From: Diplonema japonicum
Taxonomy: Eukaryota; Protista; Euglenozoa: Diplonemea
Length of the DNA: 64,000 nt
Direction of reading: 5' to 3'
Assembly: GCA_964019335.1 (NCBI GenBank)
Contig: OZ025713.1
Location: 434,001-498,000, forward strand
Made by a program: the position numbers and the translations under genes. The notes below the pieces were generated by a model, which did no database searches, was not told where the DNA came from, and saw nothing but the letters and a program-made list of their open reading frames with translations. This document shows, piece after piece, positions 56,991 to 64,000 of the stretch (its first letter is position 1; each line of letters begins with the position of its first letter).

Positions 56991-59120
56991 ATGATACGCC
57001 GAGTCTTGTTATTCGTTGCTGTCTTGAGCTGTGGGGCAGCAACAGCACCTATGCCCCAACAGCTGCACATCGCATACGGGAACACAACCGACTCCATCCT
57101 CGTGCAGTGGGCGGTACCGACGAAGCAGCCGAAGGAGCTACCTGTGCCTGTGTTGAGGTACGGGCTTGCCAACGTCCCCCCTGCCCAGTGGACCGCTGTC
57201 CCACCGCAGCATACTATTGAGGGGCCTGGTTCATACTTGAACTACCGTGCGCTCATCACAGGCCTGGCCCCTGGGGCAAAGTACCAGTACAGCACCGGCT
57301 GGGAAGGGACAGAGGAGTCGCAGGTGGTGTCTCACTTCACGGTGACCCCCAGGGACGACCTCAGCTTCGTCCCCAGGATGGTCTTCTTTGGTGACCTTGG
57401 GTGGACAGACAACCAGATCCTCCCCCTGCTGCAGGAGGAGTGCGAGGCAGGGGCTGTCGACACGGTAGTGATGTACGGAGACTTCGTGTACTGGGACAAC
57501 GGTGAGAACGAGAACGCCTTCATGCGGGACCTGAACCGTGCTAGCGCTAACGGGTCTGTCCCTGTGATGGTGTGCCCTGGGAACGGCGACTATGACGATG
57601 GCAAGTACACACGCTACATGCAGCAGTGGGCAATGCCCAACTGGGAACAGACGCAGAGTATGTACTACAGCTTCAACTCCGGTAGAGCACACATTGTGGC
57701 GATCAACACTGAAGTGATTGAGTGGGGCGTCCCATACCCTCAGCAGAAAGCAGCGATGCTTGCCTGGCTTGAGGCTGACATGAAGCAGGCAAACACGGAC
57801 AGGGCGACAAGGCCGTGGATCATCGTTCACTTTCATAGGCCCGCTTACAGCACAGGCGCTACGCAAGTCACCCCGTACCAGGTGTTTGAGCCCCTTATGT
57901 ATAAGTACGGCGTGGATATCATATTCTCAGGGCATGTGCACAACCAGGAGCGCACTCTTCCTGTTTTCAACAAGACCGTGCAAGCCGGGCCCGATGCCGC
58001 ACACCCATATGCTGACGCCAAGGCGCCTGTGTACATTGTAAGCGGGAACCCTGGCAACGCAGAGGAAACCAACTACTTCGACAGGGGATTTGATGCGTGG
58101 ACCGCATGGAGGTCGTACCACTTCGGTTACACACACGTCACGGTTGAGGATCAGAACACGCTCTCTGTGGACTTCATGTCCACTAACCTCGGTGGTGCCA
58201 TCACAGACGCCTTCCAGATCACTAAGACAAAGGCCTGCAACTTCGGTGAATGGTGCACGCACACTGCAGCCACCATCGTCACCCCCACAAACAACGCTTC
58301 TTCCGTAGTGGCCGCGAAGCTCCAGAAGGAATGGCAGGTTAAAAACGATCCCGGGACAGCTATCCCTCCTACGCAGCTGACTGCTCTTAAAGACTTGTAC
58401 ACAGCAACAAATGGACAAAACTGGAGACACAATACGAACTGGATGAACGGGAAGGACCCCTGCGATGGGAGCGCACCTTGGTACGGTGTGACGTGTATCA
58501 AGGTGACGGAGCGCACACTGCAGCACCTGTGGACAAAGGTAGGCGTTACTGCGATCCAGCTTCCTTCGAACAACTTGGCCGGGCCCATCCCGCCAACTCT
58601 GGGGACGGCGCTTGCCGACACACTGCAGATGCTGGACTTGTCAAGCAACTTTCTGGTAGGTGTGCTTCCTCAGAACCTGCTCCGCGGGCTGCCGTATCTG
58701 CACACACTATACATCGAGCCGCAGACTGGGGATGACAAGTACGCCTTGAAGGGCACACTGCCAAGCGACATGGGCCTGACAACAGGGATCCCGAACCTGA
58801 GGTACATGGGGTTGAATAGGAATGCATTGACGGGTCCTATCCCTGCGTCATGGGGGGCGCTGCAGTGCCATTACACAACAGCCACAGGCGACAACACGTT
58901 GTATGACCCCACCCTTGGTGGGGAGGTGGCGTGTCAGTTGTGGGCTGTGGGTAACAACTTCACTGGGGGTATCCCTCAAGAGTACTGCCAGAGGTCCTAT
59001 GCTGAGATCTATATTAATGGCAACCCGCTCATGCAGTGTCCTGGGGGTTCCCCGCCTTGTGTTGATATTGATTTTATTGAGTGGCCTGAAGGCTGCCGCA
59101 ACACCTGCAAGAAATGCTGA
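56991..59120 (+). CDS. Secreted purple acid phosphatase-family metallophosphoesterase with C-terminal LRR domain
   Basis: Signal peptide, FN3-like domain, GDLG, GDFVY, PGNGD, VHFHRP, SGHVH; then LRRNT (ALKDLY..W..W..DPC..WYGVTC) and plant-like LRRs (L.G.IP). Confidence 0.9.
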   Translation: MIRRVLLFVAVLSCGAATAPMPQQLHIAYGNTTDSILVQWAVPTKQPKELPVPVLRYGLANVPPAQWTAVPPQHTIEGPGSYLNYRALITGLAPGAKYQYSTGWEGTEESQVVSHFTVTPRDDLSFVPRMVFFGDLGWTDNQILPLLQEECEAGAVDTVVMYGDFVYWDNGENENAFMRDLNRASANGSVPVMVCPGNGDYDDGKYTRYMQQWAMPNWEQTQSMYYSFNSGRAHIVAINTEVIEWGVPYPQQKAAMLAWLEADMKQANTDRATRPWIIVHFHRPAYSTGATQVTPYQVFEPLMYKYGVDIIFSGHVHNQERTLPVFNKTVQAGPDAAHPYADAKAPVYIVSGNPGNAEETNYFDRGFDAWTAWRSYHFGYTHVTVEDQNTLSVDFMSTNLGGAITDAFQITKTKACNFGEWCTHTAATIVTPTNNASSVVAAKLQKEWQVKNDPGTAIPPTQLTALKDLYTATNGQNWRHNTNWMNGKDPCDGSAPWYGVTCIKVTERTLQHLWTKVGVTAIQLPSNNLAGPIPPTLGTALADTLQMLDLSSNFLVGVLPQNLLRGLPYLHTLYIEPQTGDDKYALKGTLPSDMGLTTGIPNLRYMGLNRNALTGPIPASWGALQCHYTTATGDNTLYDPTLGGEVACQLWAVGNNFTGGIPQEYCQRSYAEIYINGNPLMQCPGGSPPCVDIDFIEWPEGCRNTCKKC

Positions 59121-60324
59121 TTGCATTTACTTGTAAGCTTATTGTTTCCCCCTCTCATCTTCTAAACGTTTCATTCAAGAAGCTGTTTTAACTGTTCTTA
59201 CTCTGTTCTTGCAAACCTGTTCTGTGCCCGATATGCTACACAAGTATCGTGATGTTTAGTGATAGCTGGGATGTTTCTCTATTTGTTCTTCACACAAACC
59301 GGAGAGAAAGAAAGGAAAAAAAAAAAAAAGAAAAAAAAAAAAAAGAGACGTTGTATTCTTCCCCCCCCCTTTTTTTCTTTCTTCTTCTTTTTTTTTTTTT
59401 TTACATTTACTTTCTTATGTTTGTCGTATTTCCTCTCGTATCCTTCTTGCACCCTTCCGTTTTGCTTTCCGCCTTATTCCACTCTATTCTCCTTTTGCCC
59501 CTCCTTTCATTGATTCTTTACCGCATCAGATGGTAGAAAAGACAGAAGAAGGGGTGAAGATGGGACGGAGGAGGAGGTATATTTCGTTCTGTTCTTTTTT
59601 TTTTTTCTTCCTTTTTTTTTTGTGATATTTCTTAGAAGAGTGAGAAAAAAAAAAAAAATAATAAAGAAAACAGATAGACTCCTGACAGCGGGCAAAGATG
59701 GACACTGTGATCAATGGTTCAAGCTGCAGAGGAGCCTGAGGATGCGGTCATGGCAGCGAAGGGCGACATCGAGACAGAATGATGCGCTTTGACAGGGCGT
59801 CGTACTTCTTCAAACGTTCTTCACGCTGTACAGACTGTCAGGGAGCTGGGCTCTTGGGGAAACCCATGGCTTCGGAACACTCGTCGAGGGCGAAATATGA
59901 TCGGAGGAAGTAAAGAATGCGGTTAGGCAACGGCCCTGTGAACAGGAGAAGGACCGGCGGAGGCCCCCCTAAAGCTCAGGGACAAGCGAACGAGATAAAC
60001 TGTCTTTCACATTTCCCTGTGTTTTTCCCTGTTCCCTGCACCCATGCACTAAGTCTGTGTAGCAACATCGACAGTTCATTTTAGCCACACAAAAAGTCCA
60101 AAAGTGCCCAAACCGGGCCAGGGGTGTTTTTTTAAGGCGTCTGGGCATGATACGGTTTGGACCATGTAGAACGTTTTGAGTCCCTCCCCCCGCGCCTATA
60201 CCCCCTGCTGTCACACTAGCAGCCAGGAATTTTCCGAGGGGAGTTTCCCCTTTTCCTTTCCACTTGTTGTAGTGATAACATCCACATCCTTATTCGACAG
60301 GACTGCACAAAAAGAAACTAACAG

Positions 60325-62577
60325 ATGCGCGTCCCCACAGCAGTGGTAGGGGTGACTACGATGGCTACCTTGGTGGCGGTGTCGTCTGTGCTTGCTTTCG
60401 TGATCACGAAGAACAACGCAGAGGACAGCATCGATGAGGTGTCGAAGAGGCTGGCGACATCGATGATGCGTCAGGTGTCAAATGAGATTAATTTCAAGCT
60501 GCAGAGGGAACCAGAAGATGCGATCATGGCATCAAAAAGCGACCTAGAGATGGGGCATGCGACCATGAACTTATCAACAATAGACTCGTGGGTGCGGAGG
60601 GCGTCGCACTTCTTCAAGCACTCAGTGTTCTTCAGCCTCTTCATCGTGCTGACGACCACAGCACAGTACCGTGATGAGCTTGGAGGCGGTTTTATCGCTG
60701 ACGCAGCCGGGCGAGCCATCTACCTGAACACTCCAGTCCCTACCTTCAATCAGCCGTATTTTATTGAGAACGCAACGTGGAGTCGTGACATATCTGTCGA
60801 CATCCCCATCAACGTGACCTATAGGGACTTTGTGAACATGTTTTACTCCGGTCCTGCCGAATACCTCATTGCTAACGAGGCAAGGTGGACGCCTATCAGC
60901 CTGTCTGTCAACCCGAACCTAAGGGGTGGTGGCGGGCCCCTCATCAGTCTCTCTGTCCCAGTGTTCCGCACCCTTGTCCCCAACCCTGCTGACTTCATTG
61001 GGGTGAACGCTGTTAGTATCTACCTTTCGCTCTTCTCGCTCCACCCCTTCCTCCTGTCCAACCAGTCGTCGCTACTCATTCTCGACGAGGACAGGATGCT
61101 CATCAGCTCCACTGACCTAGAGCAAACATTTTACGAGAACGGCACCCTCCCCACAGGGCAGCCGAACTATCAACGCCACACACTCCTCTCGACAAATGTC
61201 TCCATCTACCATGCTCTGGATCCTGCCCTCCCTGACCTGTCTCTTTTCACAGGTAACGAGGAGTACTTCGCGAGGCTCAGCCACGGTGGAACCCACTGGA
61301 TAGAGATTCGTCCCGTGTACCACAAGAACCTCCGCTGGTACCTCATCGGGCTCATCCCTGAGAAAGAGTTCTTCCAGAAGATCTACGACTCGAACAGGGA
61401 CACCACCATCATTGTGACCGTCTTGATAATCACCTCCACCATCATCGCCACAATTGTGACGCTTGCCTTCACCATGAACCTCACACGGCTGGCGAAGGCC
61501 TTCGACAAGGTGGCGAACATGCAGCTTGAGCACTGCGATGTGATGGCTGTAAGGAAGTCTCATTTCCTGTACGAGCTTGATTCCCTGTACCATGGGTTCT
61601 GGCATGCTGTGGAGATGGTGAAGCAGGTGCAGGCCTTCTTGCCTGACGCAGCACGGGATGAGACCGATGACTCCGAAACGTCAGAGGGACACACACAGGG
61701 GCAGGGGAGTAAAAACACAGGCCCCCGGAGTGACGGATCCTTCTCGAACGACGTTGTTACCACGAAGCAGTCCATGTTCGCGTTGGGGCTGAAGAGCTCG
61801 AGGCTGGCGACTAGCATGACAATCAACTTGACAGACTTCACAGTGGCGTGCAAGCAGGGCATCGACGATGCAGTCACGAAGCACAAGCAACTGTTCTTGC
61901 GTGCGGCAGACCTGGCGAAGACCTTCAACGGAGTCATCAGCTACTTGGAGGGGAACAGGATAGTGGTGACGTGGAACACCGTTCGTTCTTGCCCAAGCAC
62001 CACCAGCAGACAGTGCAGTACGACACTCGGGTTAGAACTGCATGCTGCTGCGAAGGACATCACAAGGGTCGACATTGGTATCCACACAGCGTACAGCTTC
62101 CACGGGATCCTTGGGAGCACACAGCAGAGGTTCAGCGTGATAGGGTCGGATCTTGTTGATGTCGGGTCGCAACTGGCGCTGCATGCGAAGGAGCTCGGGC
62201 TCACGCCGTCTGTTTATGCCACTGACACCGTCACTGATGGACTGCACGGAGTGGTTTATCATCTCGTGGACGAGATGCAACAGAACAAAACCGAACCTAT
62301 AGTGCAAGTCTACTGGGTACGGAACAAGGTGCAAACAACAGAAGAGGAATGGATGTACCAGTTGGAGGCTCAACATGCTAGTAAAGACACGTTCCTTGAT
62401 GCGTACTGGGCGGCGTGGGGGAAGAATGACTACGACAAGGCAATGGAAGTGCTTGTGAAGTTTGAAGAAGGCAACGAGCAGTGTTGCAAGCTAGCCATGA
62501 AGCTCCGCCGCGACGCACGTGTTGCGAGGCACATGCTCACTCTCGATGGTGAGCAGGGGGGAGACAAGGAAGAATAG
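60325..62577 (+). CDS. Receptor-type class III nucleotide cyclase-like protein (TM, Cache-like domain, TM, degenerate cyclase)
   Basis: Two TM segments flanking an extracellular domain; cyclase-like TINLTDFT, YLEGNRIVVTWN, IGIHT..GILGS..FSVIG. Confidence 0.8.
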   Translation: MRVPTAVVGVTTMATLVAVSSVLAFVITKNNAEDSIDEVSKRLATSMMRQVSNEINFKLQREPEDAIMASKSDLEMGHATMNLSTIDSWVRRASHFFKHSVFFSLFIVLTTTAQYRDELGGGFIADAAGRAIYLNTPVPTFNQPYFIENATWSRDISVDIPINVTYRDFVNMFYSGPAEYLIANEARWTPISLSVNPNLRGGGGPLISLSVPVFRTLVPNPADFIGVNAVSIYLSLFSLHPFLLSNQSSLLILDEDRMLISSTDLEQTFYENGTLPTGQPNYQRHTLLSTNVSIYHALDPALPDLSLFTGNEEYFARLSHGGTHWIEIRPVYHKNLRWYLIGLIPEKEFFQKIYDSNRDTTIIVTVLIITSTIIATIVTLAFTMNLTRLAKAFDKVANMQLEHCDVMAVRKSHFLYELDSLYHGFWHAVEMVKQVQAFLPDAARDETDDSETSEGHTQGQGSKNTGPRSDGSFSNDVVTTKQSMFALGLKSSRLATSMTINLTDFTVACKQGIDDAVTKHKQLFLRAADLAKTFNGVISYLEGNRIVVTWNTVRSCPSTTSRQCSTTLGLELHAAAKDITRVDIGIHTAYSFHGILGSTQQRFSVIGSDLVDVGSQLALHAKELGLTPSVYATDTVTDGLHGVVYHLVDEMQQNKTEPIVQVYWVRNKVQTTEEEWMYQLEAQHASKDTFLDAYWAAWGKNDYDKAMEVLVKFEEGNEQCCKLAMKLRRDARVARHMLTLDGEQGGDKEE

Positions 62578-63559
62578 TTACCACTCTCCCCTTCATCTCG
62601 TATATTTGTTCTTTTCTTCCACAGCGGGTGTCATGTAATAACCCTTCTACGTGAGAGTACATTTAAAACAAAAAGAGAGATTTCACGTTCATAAAATCAA
62701 ATACACTCTGCTATACCAGTAGGTGCTTACGAAAGTACAAAATGTTATTATAGTTGACACCCCCTTTTTTCCTCTCTTTCCTATTTCTTCTTCTTCTTCT
62801 TTTTTTTTTTTTTTGCACTCATATCTACACCCTTAACGGGCGATTGCGTCTTGGCTTGGCCGACCTGGAGTATCTTTTTACGGGAAATGATAAACTTGCG
62901 AAATCGTTGTTGGCAACAGCCTGCAAAATGCGACTGCTGGCACAACGTGGTCTAGTGCTACATACATAGGCACATTGGATGCAGGCCCTTTGACCCCCCC
63001 CCCCCCCCCCCCCTTCGCCTTCTTTCTTCCTGCCACACACCGTACCCTTAAATGTCTCTTTTTTTTCTCTTCTTCTGGGCGACTCCCCCCCTAAATAAAA
63101 AGAAAAAATAAAATCTGTTTCCCTCCTACAACCTGTTTGGTTATCACCATGTGGGCACTACTATTCCTCTCAACTATAACCCTCTGTTACATTGTTCTTT
63201 TTTTGTTTTTGTTTTGTTTTTTTATAAATCTTTTTTGATGTTTTTCTCCTTGTACATATTAGCCTGCTCCCCTTAAGCAGGCAATCTAAGTAAACAACGG
63301 AAAATACGAGAAGAAAGATGAAAAAAGAAAAAACTGTAAAGCGAAATAGGAAAACGAGTGAGAGAGACGTGAACCCGATCTGTTATTATTATTGTGGCAG
63401 CAGCTACTTTTTTCAAATTTGTGGAATCAAAACGAAGAAATGAATGAAAGGATTCTAATGTCACCTACAGGTACAGGCTACGGGTCAAAGGGCTTACGTT
63501 GGACAAGAGGGGCAAATGTGAGTGGGACACAAAAATGGATGGAAGAGAGGGTGGGCGGC

Positions 63560-63863
63560 AGGCTTCATGCAAACACTTTTACACCCGATCCGTCTCCATT
63601 AGACGCCCTCTTCGTCATCAGGATCAGGCGCCCTGATGCAGGTCTTCCAACGCCAGTTCTGCCGCACGCCAGTAGTCTCTCACAAACTGCGTGCAGGTGA
63701 AACTACGTTTGCTGAAGTAGAGTTTGACCTGAATTATATCTCTGACAAGAATCAGCTTTGTCAAATCCCTACGGCCGATCTTTGGGCTTCCACCTTGAAC
63801 GGTGCTGCCTTTTCCCCGAGCTCCACACACCGCAGGCCTGACCCAAAAGCCTCATACCAATAG
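63560..63863 (+). mobile_element. Possible DIRS-type retroelement fragment (RNase H end / DLFAS..N motif)
   Basis: EVEFDLNYISDKNQL..PTADLWASTLN resembles the post-RNase H P..DLFAS..N motif; weak. Confidence 0.3.
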
Positions 63864-64000
63864 GTCGCAAGACACATGCCCAGTGAATATTGCCTTTGAC
63901 CTTTGTTGAAGACCTTCCAAAATGAATGCCGTACGCAAAAAATGCGTACGCGTACGCAGCAAATCTAAAAAAAGTGCGTACGGCGTACGTTCGAAATACG

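Noticed and set aside
63925-64000. CGTACG iterations, possibly a transposon end
   Set aside because: Cut off by the window edge; no partner end visible.

Overview
Repeat-rich, apparently intron-poor eukaryotic DNA with long A/T homopolymers. Several genes have an AG shortly before the ATG, and the gene families present (BspA-type LRR, degenerate receptor cyclase, Ingi-like LINE, YR-retroelement RNase H) suggest a euglenozoan, possibly diplonemid-like, protist; this is inference. (1) 1-21686 is a near-identical tandem amplification of a ~8.1-8.3 kb unit (about 2.65 copies visible). Each unit carries a ubiquitin-like + 25-aa LRR gene whose repeat number differs between copies and whose repeats vary mainly at four codons, plus decayed piggyBac/pogo relics and a RIIa-Zeta-kinase gene that is intact (with a glutaredoxin domain) only in the last copy. 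(2) 22.3-30.7 kb holds a large ORF with an active and a dead Josephin-like protease domain, a LINE 3' fragment, and a tandem pair of basic proteins ending in DIRS/VIPER-type RNase H domains, one catalytic and one dead, both with mitochondrial-presequence-like N-termini. (3) 31-51 kb is mostly decayed transposons: nested CAGTGTT-ended hAT elements, MITEs, a MULE relic, and an endonuclease-less RT-RNase H LINE. That LINE has a tRNA-like Pol III head inside its 12-bp TSD and lies flush against a tRNA-Asp-like sequence. (4) 51-62.6 kb has ordinary + strand genes: a membrane protein, a GPI-type surface protein, Ubl-TPR, purple acid phosphatase-LRR and a receptor pseudo-cyclase.
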